Shown here in pieces: positions 24,250 through 36,810 of a DNA stretch of 64,000 nt. The DNA comes from Mobula birostris. Its lineage: Eukaryota. The stretch's first letter is position 1, and each line of letters starts with the position of its first letter. Where the stretch lies: NCBI RefSeq assembly GCF_030028105.1, contig NC_092384.1, forward strand, positions 3,639,665-3,703,664. The letters run 5' to 3'. The position numbers and the translations under genes were made by a program. The notes below the pieces were generated by a model. The model searched no databases and had not been told where the DNA came from. It saw nothing but the letters and a program-made list of their open reading frames with translations.

Positions 24250-25415
24250 AGGGGACTTGAAGAATGACCCTTCCCCCTCAGCAGTCTGTCTTTTTAATGC
24301 TCCTTCCGACAGTATATTCGCGTTGCATAGAGGGTGTGGGTAGTAACCCCATTTACCTCCTTCTCCGGAACCTCAGTTTTAAGCAACGCTAACAACATTT
24401 ATTTACGGAGCATGCGGGTTCCCCCACTCCCCATCTGTTTATTTAACTTCCTTAACTGGCTACGTGCATTCACTCCTATGTACTCTAAACCTTGTAATAA
24501 TTGAAACGCTATATGTACAGGATGACCAACAGCTGGTGTTATTAAAGACAACGCTACTCCCTTATGGAGAAAACGGACTCTTTAACCATGTGACCCACCA
24601 TGCCAGAAGTTAATTCAATATTTTGTGGTGGGATACCACTATCGCGGTATATTTCTGTGATAAGAGCCCACAGAGTACAATTTAGAACCCCGTGTGTTTA
24701 TTAGACAGTGTCCCATTGTTACCTCCTCATCCCACAACCTTAATAGCCACTCGGCCAAATACTCCTATATCTTTTCTGCGCTTGTCTTCTAAACTCCTTA
24801 ATTGCTATATGGAGGTTATCTGAGGTCTGTAGTCTCGAGGGTGTCCATTACACCATCCCTTACACATCCCTGAGTTTCCTACCCCTCTCGCCCCTGAGGT
24901 GAAAAAGCTGCGCATCGATGCCCACCATGGTGGGTGTGGAAACGCGTAATTACTGGTCTGGCTAGTACTCTTTCGGACACACTAGGGAGAGGGCGGTGAT
25001 CACGAGGACGAAACCATGTTGCTCGCTCTCCTTCGTGTTAATCATGCAGCCAGATATCTCCATCTCCCAGCCCACAGAAGGATCACCAACCGTCTCAACA
25101 TGGCTCGAAACTTAACGGGATCTGGTCCCAAAGTGGCCCCTTGAGACGCCACTAAGTTCTTATTTTCATTAGCCAACAGGCTACCTGTATGTTCGTATCG
25201 TCCAATTTCATAGCCCTACTCTGAGCCATCAATAGTGACTCGCTCAGAATAATACAGCGCTGACAGAGATTTTCCAATTCATTCTTAAGACTCGGTATCG
25301 TTTTATAATTATGTCTTACAGTCGCTGCAAAAAACGAGCAGAAAATTCCCAGCGGGCTGTATTTTCTTTTGGGAAAACTCAACGATCTAAGTATAGAAAC
25401 AGTGTGATGTCCCAT
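24250..25415 (-). pseudogene. ERV gag remnant, ERV-L/Fv1-like
   Basis: ORF 25152-25415 starts MG... Minus-strand KEFRRQ/EYLAEWLLRLWDE (~24722-24800) and LLKTEVPEKEVNGVTTHTLY (~24325-24390) resemble ERV-L gag WxLRxWDxG and GVPxxxIDGxxTxxL motifs (recalled, not aligned). Confidence 0.65.
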
Positions 25416-25735
25416 TTAACTCCGTCGGAATCTGACTGCTCTAACAAATCTACCAGCATCCCATAACCCAACAGTCAGTTAGCGAGACTCCAAAGCCTGC
25501 TTTATTAACTGTCCACCCTCGGACCCTACACCTCTCATACTTTCTTTTAAATAACCTCTTCCTGCTCAAAAAAAGCCAAGCATGCTCTCAGCCCCAAATG
25601 TAATGTTCAATCAGTTTTGCAGGTCCGGCAAGTGAGACAGGAAATGCACTGTCTTCGAATAGGCATATTAATCATTAATTTACAAACCGTAAAAAATCGA
25701 CGAAACCTTCATGTTCCACAAGTTACAGACACCAG

Positions 25736-28700
25736 CCTTCTGTCCATACCCCCTGATCCCTTTCGCCACAAGTGCCATATCTAATTCACTCTTAAATATA
25801 GCCAATGAACTGGTCTCAACTGTTTCCTGTGGCAGAGAATTCCACAGGTTCAGCACTTTCTGTGTGAAGAAGTTTTTCCTCATCTTGGTTCTAAAAGGCT
25901 TCCCTCTATCCTCAAACTGTGGCCCCTCGTTCTAGACTTCCCCAACATTTTCCTGCATCTAGCATCAACAATCTTTCCTACATCTAGCCTGTTCAAACCC
26001 GTTAGAATTTTATACGTTTCAATAAGATCCCCCGTCAATATTCTAAATTCCCCAGCCAGTATAAGCCTAGTCGATCCAATCTTTCTTCATATGATAGTCC
26101 AGCCATCCTAGGAATCAATCTGGTGAACCTTCTTTGTACTCCCTCTATAGCAAGAATATCTTTCCACAGATTAGAGAACCAAAACTGCATAAAATACTCC
26201 GGGTTCGTCAGGCAAGATTTTCCCTTCACGAATCCGTGCTATCCTTGTCTTATCTTGTCCTGTGTCACCAAGTCTCCATAACCTCATCTTTAACAATTGA
26301 CTCCAACATCTTCCTACCCACTGAGGTCAGTCTAACTGTTCTATATTTTCCTTTCTTCTGCCTTCCTCCTTTCTTAAGACTGGAGTGACATATGCAATTT
26401 TCCAGTTCTCTGTCACCATGCGAGAGTCGAATGATTTTTGAAAGATCATTACCAATGTCTCCGTAATCTCTATCGCCAACCTCTTTCAGAACGCATCTGG
26501 CACGAGTGACTTAAATACCTTTAAGTCTTCAGATTTAGAGCACCTTCTGGCTTGTAATAGGAACTGCACTTTATTTCTCTTCCCTCTCACTCTTCAACAT
26601 CTGGCACACTGCTTGTGTCTTCCACATTGACGACTGATGCAAAATACTCAAATAATTCATTTGCCATCTCCTTGGCCCCAGTTATTTCCCTGGCCTCATT
26701 TTCTAGAGGTCCTATATCCACTCTCAACTCTCTTTTATGTTTACGGACTTGAAAACGTTTCTCCTATCCACATTGATATTGTTTGTTAGCATGTTTTCAT
26801 ATTTCAACTTTTCCTTCCTAATGACTCTTTCGGTTGCTCTCTGTAAGGTTCTAAAAGTTGTCCAATCCTCTGTCTTCATACCAATGTTTGCTTTGTTGTA
26901 TTCCCTCTTTGATGCTTTTATATTATCCTTGACTTCCCTTGTCAACCACGGTTGTACTTTTTTTGCCATTTTGGGTAGTTCTTTATTTTTCGAATACAAC
27001 TAGCCTGCATCTTCTTCATTTACTTCCCAGAAACCCATTCTGTTCCTGTTTTGCTGTTACGCCAACCAGCATCTCCTTCCATTTTACTTTGGCTATTTTA
27101 CTCCTCTCTCATGCCACTTAATTTCCTTTACTCCACTGAAATACTGCTATGTCAGACTTTAGTTTCTCCATATGAAATATCAAGTTGAACTGACTCATAT
27201 TGTGATCACTAGTTCCGAAGTCTTGTTTATCGTAAACTCCGTAAGCATCTCCGGTTCATTACATAACATCTGATCCAGTATAGCTGATCCCCTAGTCGGA
27301 TCAGCGACAAACCGCTGTAAACAGCTAGTTCGTAGGCATTCAAAAAACTCTCTTTCTTGGGATCCATTTCCAACCTGATTTTCCCAACAACCCTTTACCC
27401 ACAATTCAGTGATGGCCACAATATCATAGCCAATTATCTGTAAAAGTGCAACAAGATCATCCACCTTAGTTCATATACTCCCTGCATAGAGATATAAAAC
27501 TTTCAGTGCTGCATTTGAAACCATTTTAAATTCTGCACGCCTAATGCACCGATACCTTGCTGGCTTCAATTATATTCTATCATCTGCTTTCCTTCCTGAC
27601 AGCCTGACTGCACGGTATCCTTGCTTTTTTTCACTATCTATCCTATCCTGATACTCTGTACTCCGGTTCCCAACCCTTGACAAAATTGTTTAAACTCTCC
27701 CTAACAGCTGTAACAAACCTGCCCTCGAGAATATTAGTTCCCCTCTGATTCAGTTGCATCCCATCACTTTCGAACATATCCTAACTCCCCAGGAGAGATC
27801 CCAATGATCCACGAACCTGTAACCCTGCCCCCTAATCCAGCTGCACAGCTAGGCATTAATTAGCCAGATCCTCTTGTGTCTACCCTCTCTTGGGGCATGT
27901 CACGAGATTTCAGGGTACTTGGAGAAAGTGATAAAATAGGTCAAAGTCAACATGGTTTTTGTAAAGGGAATTATTTCATGTCAAATCCATTAGAATTCTT
28001 CGAGGAAGTAACAAGCAGGGTTGACAAAGGAGAGGCAGTGGATGTCAATTACTTATATTTTCAGAAGGCATTTGAAAAAGTACCTCACATGAGGCTGCCG
28101 AACAAAATAAAATCCAATGGCGTTACAGGAAATATACTGGCTTGGATAGAGGAATGTTTGACAGGCAGGAGGCAGCTGGTGGATATAAGAGGGCCTTTTC
28201 TGGTTGTCTGCCGGTGACTATTGGTGTTCGTCAAGGGTCCCGGTATTGAGAACAATAATTTTCACATTGGTTGTCAATGACGTAGATAATGGAACTGAAG
28301 GTTTTATGGCAAATCTTGCGGATAATACGAAGATAAGCGGTGCGGTAGGTAGCACTGTTGAAGCAATACGATCGCAGCAGGACTTAAACAAATTAGAAGA
28401 AAGGACATACAAGTGCATCTGGAATACAGTGTTGGGAAATGTCTCATAATCCATTTTATTAAAAGGAACAATAGTGCAGATTATTATTTAACGGGGAGAC
28501 CTTTAAACATCAGAGGTGCAAAGGGACCTAAGAGTCCTCTGGAAAGACTCTCGTAAGGTTAATTCAGAGGTTGAGTGTGTGGTTTCTCTCTTTTCTTCTG
28601 TGCCTTGCACATTGCACGCTTGGGTGATCATGGCTCTCCACATCGAACGATCCCTCGCTGTGTCAATGATATCTCGCACAATTAGATCTGTTAGTTCTTT

Positions 28701-29150
28701 CACAGTGTCCATATATTTTCTTATTTGCCTTCCTATTCCGCGTTTCCCAGGCATATGACCTTGTAATATAAGGAATGTGTGGTAAAGAATGCAAATGTAA
28801 AGCTAGTAATTTTTTGAAGGAGAAAGAGTATAAAAAAAAAAACAAGGTGATAACCTTGTACCTTTGTAAGACACAATGGCAAAGATGTATGTTCATTGGA
28901 GACTGTCAAGATGATCACGAAGATAATTCCGGCAATAAAGGGTGATGAAGACTATGATATGGCCAAAGTCCATGGGTATATTCAAAGCGGAATTTGATAG
29001 ACGACAGATTTTATCGGGGTATCAATGGATGTGGTGAGACGGCAGGTGTATGGTGTTGAATAGAATCCAGGATAAGCCATAGTGGAATGGAGATGATGGG
29101 CTGAGTGCCTTAACGCTGTTCCTATAGTCTTATGATCTTATGTACACAAA
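25736..29150. mobile_element. Nested CR1 LINE fragments on both strands, interrupting the ERV 5' LTR
   Basis: Minus: MRKNFFTQKVLNLWNSLP and KDILAIEGVQRRFTRLIP. Plus 27900-29150: QHGFCKGN...EVTSRVDKGEAVDV...QKAFEKVPH. Confidence 0.85.
28581..28753 (-). mobile_element. RTE-clade LINE 3' fragment inserted in a CR1 copy
   Basis: PGKRGIGRQIRKYMD...ARDRSMWRAMITQACNVQGT (ORF 28503-28754). Flanking CR1 sequence resumes on both sides. Confidence 0.65.
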
Positions 29151-29204
29151 CCTTCTGTGGGAAACAAGATTTTAAAAGTAGACTAATGTGAACATATTAT
29201 ACAC

Positions 29205-32030
29205 AATAGACAATAGACAATTGGAGCAGCAGTAGGCCATTCGGCTCTTCGAGCCAGCACCGCCATTCACTGTGATCATGGCTGATCATCCAGAGTCAAT
29301 ATTCAGTTCCTGTCTTATCTCCTTAAACTGTGATTCCGCTATTTTTAAGAGGTCTGTCCATCTCTTTCCTAAAAGCATCCAAAGACTTGGCCTCCACGGC
29401 ATTCTGGGGCAAAGCATTCCATATATCCACCACTCTCTGGGTGAAAAAGTGTTTCCTCAACTCCGTTCTAAATGGCCCTTTCCTTATTCTTAAACCGTGG
29501 TCTCTGGTTCAGAACTCACCCATCAGCGGGAACATGCTTCCTGCCTCCAGCGTGTCCAATCCCTTAATGATCTTATATGTTTCAATAAGATCTCCTCTCA
29601 GCCTTCTAAATTCTACAGTAAACAATTCTAGTCGTTCCAACCTTTCGACATATGACAGTCAGGCCATCCCGGGAATTAACCTTGTGAACCTCCGCTGTAC
29701 ACCCTCAATAGCAAGAAAGTCCTTCCTCAAATTTCGAGACTAAAACTGCACACAATTCTCCAGGTTTGGTCTTACAAGGGCCCTGTACAGCTGCAGAAGG
29801 ACCTCTTTGCTCTTAAGATCTCGTTGTACTTCTCCTTATCCTAACTTGACTCCATTTAGATAATAATCTGCCTTCCTGTTCTTACCACCAAAGTGGATAA
29901 CCTCACATTTATCCACATTAAACTGCATCGTCCATGCATCTGCCCACTCACCCAGCTTGTCCAAGTCACCCTGTATTCTCATAACATCCTCCTCACATTT
30001 CACACTGCCACCCAGCTTTGTGTCATCGGCAAATTTGCTAGCGTTACTTTTAATTCCCTCATCTAAATCAAAATATATATTGTAAACAGCTGCGGTCCCA
30101 GCACTGAACCCTGTGGTATTTCACTGGTCACCGCCTGCCATTCCGAAAGGGACCCATTAATCGCTAATCTTTGTTTTCTGTCAGCCAGCCAATTTTCAAT
30201 TCGTGTCAGTACTCTGCCCCTAATACCATGTGCCCTAATTTTGCAGACTAATCTCCTATGTGGGACTTTATCAAAGGCTTTCTGAAAGTCCAGGTACACT
30301 ACATCCACTGGCCCTCCCTTGTCAATTTTCGTAGTTACATCCTCAAAAAATTCCAGACGATTAGTCACGCACGATTTCCCCTTCGTTAATCCATGCTGAC
30401 TCGGACCGATCCAATTACTGCTATCCAGATGTGTCCTGATTTCATCTTTTATAATTGACTCCAGCATCTTTCCCACCACTGACATCAGGCTAACCGGTCT
30501 AATAATTCCCTGTTTCCTCTCTTCCTCCCTTCTTGAAGAGAGGGACAACATTAGCCACCCTCCAATCCACAAGAACTGACCCTGAATCTGTAGAACTTCG
30601 GAAAATGATTACCAATTCGTCCACCATTTCTAATGCCACCTCATTAAGTACCATGGGATGCAGGCCATCAGGTCCCGAGGACTTATCAGCCTTCAGACCC
30701 AACAGTCTATCCAACACCATTCCCTGCCTAATATAAATTTCCTTCTGTTCAACCATTGCCTTAGGTCTTTTTGGCCACTATTATATCTGGGAGATTGTTT
30801 GTGTCTTCCCTAGTGAAGACAGATCCAAATTACCAGTTCAACTCGTCTGCCATTTCCGTGTTCCCCATAATAACTTCACCCATTTCTGTCTGCAAGGGCC
30901 CAATTTTGGTCTTAACTATGTGTTTTCCTTTTCACATACGTAAAGAAGCTTTTACTATCCTCCTTTATGTTCTTGGCTAGTTTACCTTCGTACCACATTT
31001 TTTTCTCTGCGTATTGCCTTTTTAGTTACCTGCTGTTGCTCTTTAAAAGTTCCCAAATCCTCCGGCTTCCCACTCATCTTTGCTATGTCATACTTCTTCT
31101 CTTTTATTTTTATACTGTCAATTACTTCCCTTGTCAGCCACGGCCTCCCCTTACTCCCCTTAGGATTGTTCTACCTCTTTGGAACGAACTGATCCTGCAC
31201 CTTCCGCATTATTCCCAGAAACACTTGCCATTGCTGTTCCATTGTCGTTCGCTGCTAAGGTATTGTTCCATTGAACTTTAGCCAGCGACTCCCTCATAGC
31301 ACCATAGTGCCCGTTGTTCAACAGTAACACTGGCACTTCCAAGTTTCCCTTCTCCCTCTCAAGTTGTAGATTAAAACTTATCATATTATGGTCACTACCT
31401 CCTAATGGCTCCTTTACCTCGAGGTCCCTGATCAAATCCGGTTAACTGCAGAACAGTAAATCTAGAATTGCCTTCTCTCTGGTAGGCTCCAATACAAGCC
31501 GTTCTAAGAATCCATCTTGGAGGGACTCCACATACTCCCTTTTTTGGGGTCCAGTACCAACCTAATTCCTTCGGTCTACCAGCATGTTGAAATCCCCCAT
31601 AACAACTGTAGCATTACCTTTGCGACATGCCAATTTTAACTCTTGATTCAACTTACACCCTACATCCAGACTACTGTTTGGGAGCCTGTAGATAACTCAA
31701 TTTAAGGTATTTCTACCCTTAGAATTTCTCAGTTCTATCCATACTGACTCTACGTCTCCTGAATCTATGTCCCCCCTCGCAACAGGGCGGGACATAGAAT
31801 CATTCCTCACCAAAAACACCCCGCCCCCTCTGCCCATCAGTCTGTCCTTTCGATAGGACGTATAACCTTGAATGTTCATTTCCCAGGCCCTGTCCACTTG
31901 AAGCCATGTCTCTGTTATTCCCACAACATCATACTTACCAATTTCCAACTGTGCCTCAAGCCCATCCACTTTATTTCTTATACTCCGTGCATTCATATAT
32001 AGACTATGTATAATAATTGTTGAGCCCATT
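29205..32030 (-). mobile_element. CR1 LINE ORF2 (APE + RT) with 3' tail
   Basis: YMNARSIRNK...GITETWL (31697-32029), QHGLTKGKSCVTN...YLDFQKAFDKVPH...PQGSVLGPQLF (30063-30572) and tail CAATAGACAATAGAC at ~29205. Confidence 0.92.
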
Positions 32031-32870
32031 ATCGCGTGTTTATGGAAAATTATAATTGTGATATTCCTCTGAGGTTTCGGACATGTTTACTGGCATAGAC
32101 AACCCTTCCATAGGGAAGTATCCAATGAGTGTTTTTGAGCTTGGGATCGAACAGTGCAGAGAGCCTTTTCTAGCACTTTTTTCTACCAATGCTAAAAAGA
32201 TTGAGCAAGACACAATTAATGTTGCAGGAACGCAATAGCTATTCAAGCGAATACACAGTCGATGTTTCGGACTAAAGCCTTCAACAAAAATGGAAAGATG
32301 TGGAAAGAAGTCAGAAGAAGTAGTTGGGCGACAAGGGAAAAGTACAAAGCGCACTACACAGCTGAGAATGGGTGGTGGGAAATCTGGAAAATTGAGGGAA
32401 GCTGTGAAGAAAGAATCATGCAGTTAGCAGCTGGAAGAGGCATATGACATCAGCCAATAGTTTTTACTACTCCTTTGGCCAGTGAGGACGCAAAGATTAC
32501 CGACAAAGGCGCAACAATTTCTTCCATCTCTTCCCATAGTAATCTGGCTGTAACCTATCAGGCCGCTTGGACTTATGCATCATTTTTTTTTTAAATTCAA
32601 AAAAACAAAACATCCTTTTTATCAAGGTGGACATGACGAGCCCATTTTACCTTGTCCTCACAAACATTAAAAACCATCTCACTGGTGAATACATATCACA
32701 GTATTAAATAAGCTCCTTCACGACCTCCTACGAATATAGGTACAGAATTTGAAGAAAACATGTGAAACTGATCTGCTGATAATTGTTTCATATGAAACTC
32801 CCTTTTGCCGGGCTAGTTAGTCCATGGCTATCACGCCAATGGACTCAGCGGTGAGAAAACCACCTGTCTC

Positions 32871-34116
32871 TGTCATGCGGTGGCGCTGGTTGCGGACACA
32901 AACGAAAGACACAGATACTGAAGTAAAAGGAACAGGACTTGACTAGAGATCTGGGAAAAGTACACAGACTTGGGCTAGTACATAGGCTAGTTAAGCGGGA
33001 CCAGGACTAAGAACTGGGACTAGGAGCCTGGGCTTGAACTCCGAGCCAGAAACTGGACAGGGACCCAGAACCTGGGTCTTGACTCGGGCTCGGACACCGG
33101 AACTAGGCGAGGACATGACGTGGCTACAGGAATGGACATGGCTTAGGATACTCGTGGCTTGGGTTCTTCGTGGCTTGGGTTCCTCGAGGCTTGGACTTCT
33201 CGAGGTGAGGACATGACGAGGCTTGTGCTCGGACTCTCAGCCAGAGACTGGACAAGGACCCAGAACCTGGGTCTTGACTGGGGCTCGGACTCCGGAACTA
33301 GGCGAAGCCGTGACGTGGTGTTCCGCGATAGGACTGCAGAGCCTTGTTCTTGGGAGGACAGGAAGGCAGAGCCTTGGTCTTGGGAGGACAGGAAGGCAGA
33401 GCCTTGGTCTTGGGAGGACTGGAACATGCAAAACAAGAACCTTGGTCTAGAGCACGGGAACACGGAGCCTAGGACTTGACAGACAGGAACAGAGGGACAT
33501 GGAACACAGAGCCGGGACTCTTCCTGGGGAACAGGACTTGGGGCCGGTACTTTACACGGAACGCTGAACACGACGAGACGGTTCCCAACACTAGGTAGCG
33601 GGAAACAGCCGGACCTACCTAGCGAAGGCGTGGACACAGAGAAGGGTCTTAAAGATAGGTAGCGGCAGACGGCCGGACCTGCCTAGCGAAGGCGTGGATA
33701 CAGAGACAGTTCCAACTCAAAGATAGACAGTTCCTTATCTTGCCACAGCAAGGCTCCAGTCTCGCTCCGGTAGTAGAACTTGACAGAGTTTCAGCAAGGC
33801 TCCAGACAGAGGTTGCGGGCATGCTCCGGACACAGGTTGCGGGCAAGGCTTCAGAAGGAAGGGGAAGGAAAGAGAACAGTCTAGCCTCAGGATAACGGCA
33901 AAGGCTTACCCAATGGAGGCAAGGATGGGATACTGACGAGACGAACCAGCAACCACACCCTAACCAAGGGCCACTTATATTCTCAGCAGCAGGACGAGCA
34001 TCGGGTGCCTATGATTAAGCTCAACTGTAACAAGGGACTGCCGGAAGACCTGGAGTCCAGAGTCCATGGACCGGATCGTGATCCGGAACGCGGACTTCAC
34101 GGACCAGACCATGACA
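32871..34116. mobile_element. Solo LTR (1246 bp) with perfect termini and 5-bp TSD
   Basis: Termini TGTCATG...CATGACA. GTCTC on both sides (32866-32870, 34117-34121). Internal 30-bp x3, 16-bp and ~65-bp duplications. Confidence 0.85.
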
Positions 34117-36599
34117 GTCTCGAACTCCGCATGTCTAGGGTCGATATGATTTGGGAGCCACCGCACCAGGAGAATGGTAATGTTTCGACTACCTGTTCAC
34201 TCACTGCATACAATTATAAAGAATGATATTTAGCAATGTCAGCTCTTTCGAACAGTTAGTATTGAAAAGAAAAAAAATAAACGGGGCCCATTACACTGAA
34301 AATGTACACTTCAGCTGGAGTTCACTTTGAAGTTGTCTTTACCTCACTTGATGGATCCACGCTCTGCATGAAAAGATACAGCACTTCCCGATGTCGCCGG
34401 AAATCCATCTCGAACAAACACCCCTCCCCACCAATATTGGCCTTTGCTACTTGAAGCCATTATGCAACAGGGACGGCATCCTCAGCCATCTTCCCTCCTT
34501 TCCTTTCCCAGATCGCACCAAAAAGACCTCGACCTACAACAGTGTCCGTCACAATAATCTCTCCGCTCAGTGCTCCAGAATCTTCTCCCAATTGAACTAT
34601 CCTGGTTGGCTAACACCACATTCCTAAGTTGAACAACGTAGCCCAAAACCCGAACTCGCCATATTCTGAGCAGACTGCTCTTACAGAACTGGTAATAAAA
34701 ATACCTACAACATAGCAGTAACAATATTAACCAGATGTTATACATGTTTGTTGTAAATGTTAACAGCGTTTTCCTATTTATAAATCTGTGGGAATTTTTT
34801 TTTTTAAATGGTCTTTTTGCCGACTATTTCATGGTTATGTACGTCGGCAACGTCTTGTTGTTTCTGGGCCTTTCATCTTGCTGTATTTGTGCTCTTCATT
34901 CCCGTTGTTCATTCTGTTTTTTTTTTGTAAAAGAATACTTCTTAATCAATGGGATCACCAGGCAAGGGAACATGATCAGGCCATTGATTTCCCTCCTCTA
35001 ATTGACGGTGACTGGTTTACTGCTGCCTATCATCATAACGTTTGACACCCTTAATTATCAAGAATCTATCAACCTCCGCAGTAAAGATATCCAGCCGGCT
35101 GAGGCAATGAGTCCGACGGATTCAGTACCCTCTGTCGAAGGAAATTCCTCCTCATCTCCGTTAGTGAGGGTTGGTGTTACATTCTGAGGCTGTGCCCTCT
35201 GGCCCAATACACTCCTTAGAACATAGAAATAGAACCTAGTGAACCTACAGCACAGTACAGGTCCTTCGGCTCACAAAGCTGTGCCGATCATTCCTTTCGT
35301 AGTAAACATTCACTCCACGTCCGCTTTATCCAGACCTTTCAAATAACCATCGACTGTATTTGAATGAGGCCCCCGCCCCCCATCCCCACCCGTCATCCTC
35401 TGGAACTCTGTCGAATAAAAGACAGAAACAGCACACGCTCTCAATACGTTGAAACCTTCATTTCCTGGATAATTCTTGTGACCCTTTTCTGGACAGCCTA
35501 CAGTACCAGAATATCCTTTCGTGGAAAGGGTTGGGGGTGGGGGAATTGCTCAGAATATACCAAATGTGCTCTAACCAATGTCTTATAATTCCTCCCCATT
35601 ACATCTGCGCTGTTGTAGTTTAGCCACCGAAAATTAAATACAATATTTCAATTGCTTCCTTACCACCGACTCCACTTACAAGGTAACCCTTAGAGAATCA
35701 CGAACGAGGACCTCAAAGTCACTTTGCACCTCTGATTTCTGAAATATCTCTCCCTTCAGAAAATAGTCTACCTTTTTATTCCTACCAAAGTTCATGACCA
35801 TTCACTTCCCTATGCCCATTTCTCTGAAGTTTCCCTGCTTCCTCACACCGCCAACACCGATCCTTGTAGAAAACTTCCAGTCGCAGGAATTGCCCTACTA
35901 TTTAATTCCCTTTTGTGCCTTTTGTTAGTCAGTTAATGTCCTGCTCATGTACACACCTGTCATGTGGTGCCACGGGCTTGTATCTTGTTTAGCAACCTCA
36001 TTTAGGCAACTTGTCAAATATCTTCTAGAGATCCAAGTAAACAGCAAGAAATGAATTCCAACACATTTATCCGACAGCTTTTTCCCTCACGGAAACCATG
36101 TTGGTTTCAGGATGTTATATTGTATACCTCTAAGTACCCTGGATTCTCATCCTCAATAACATTCTGTGATATTTGTCTAAGACTGAAGTCGCGATATCTT
36201 CCTAAGATTTTCTACTTTTTGCCCACTTCCCCCAATCCTTCGTCGTTAAAGAGTTAATTGCAATTTTCGAACTATTGGACCCAATGGTAATACAAGAAAG
36301 TTGGTCGCATGGAGAGAAGAATAGCTAATTGACAGAAGGCATAGTGTGGCAATAAAGAGGAACCATTCCAAAATTCTTGAAAGATCCCTATTAAATTCTG
36401 CCAGTCTCTTCAGTAACCTCTTTCAGAATTCCGCATTGTATTCTATCTGGACCTAGAGACCTACCTACATCCAGATTTCCCAGTTTTTCAAGCACATTCT
36501 ACTTCAGGATAGTTAATAAACTTAAACTTACTTCTGCCATCGATACTCTAGAAGTCATGATATATTGGCCCTTCGCTAGTGTAGCTGCTCTAGTGCGAT

Positions 36600-36810
36600 G
36601 ATATTGCATTTCGGGCTGTCGGAGTTCAGTCTCTGCGTCCGCTGGAAGGTGTCTCTGTACATTTGCCTCGTGAAATTATTGACTTTTTCCTCGGGGGATC
36701 CAGTTTCGTCCCACATTCCAGAACGTCATTGTATATTGTTTAGGCTACTGTTAAATCGGGGTTGTCAGGGATTGGTGGCTAAAACGGCTGGAAGGGCCTT
36801 GCATTAAACG
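36600..36810 (+). mobile_element. V-SINE/HE1-like SINE remnant
   Basis: TTTCCTCGGGGGATCCAGTTTCGTCCCACATTCCAGAACGT resembles the V-SINE core (recalled consensus). Confidence 0.5.

Larger units (their letters stand above)
22053..25735 (-). mobile_element. Decayed endogenous retrovirus: LTR - gag - (no pol) - env - PPT - LTR
   Basis: Direct repeat 22053-22195 / 25599-25735, gag and env motifs (see sub-features), PPT GAGGGGTGGGG at 22466-22476 and PBS-like TTTGGGGCTGAG beside the 5' LTR. Confidence 0.8.

Noticed and set aside
33140-33480. CRISPR-like array
   Set aside because: The units are contiguous tandem repeats without unique spacers, inside an LTR in a eukaryotic context, and there are no cas genes.
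33143-33637. 164-aa ORF as a host gene
   Set aside because: It is a low-complexity product of tandem repeats within the TSD-bounded solo LTR.
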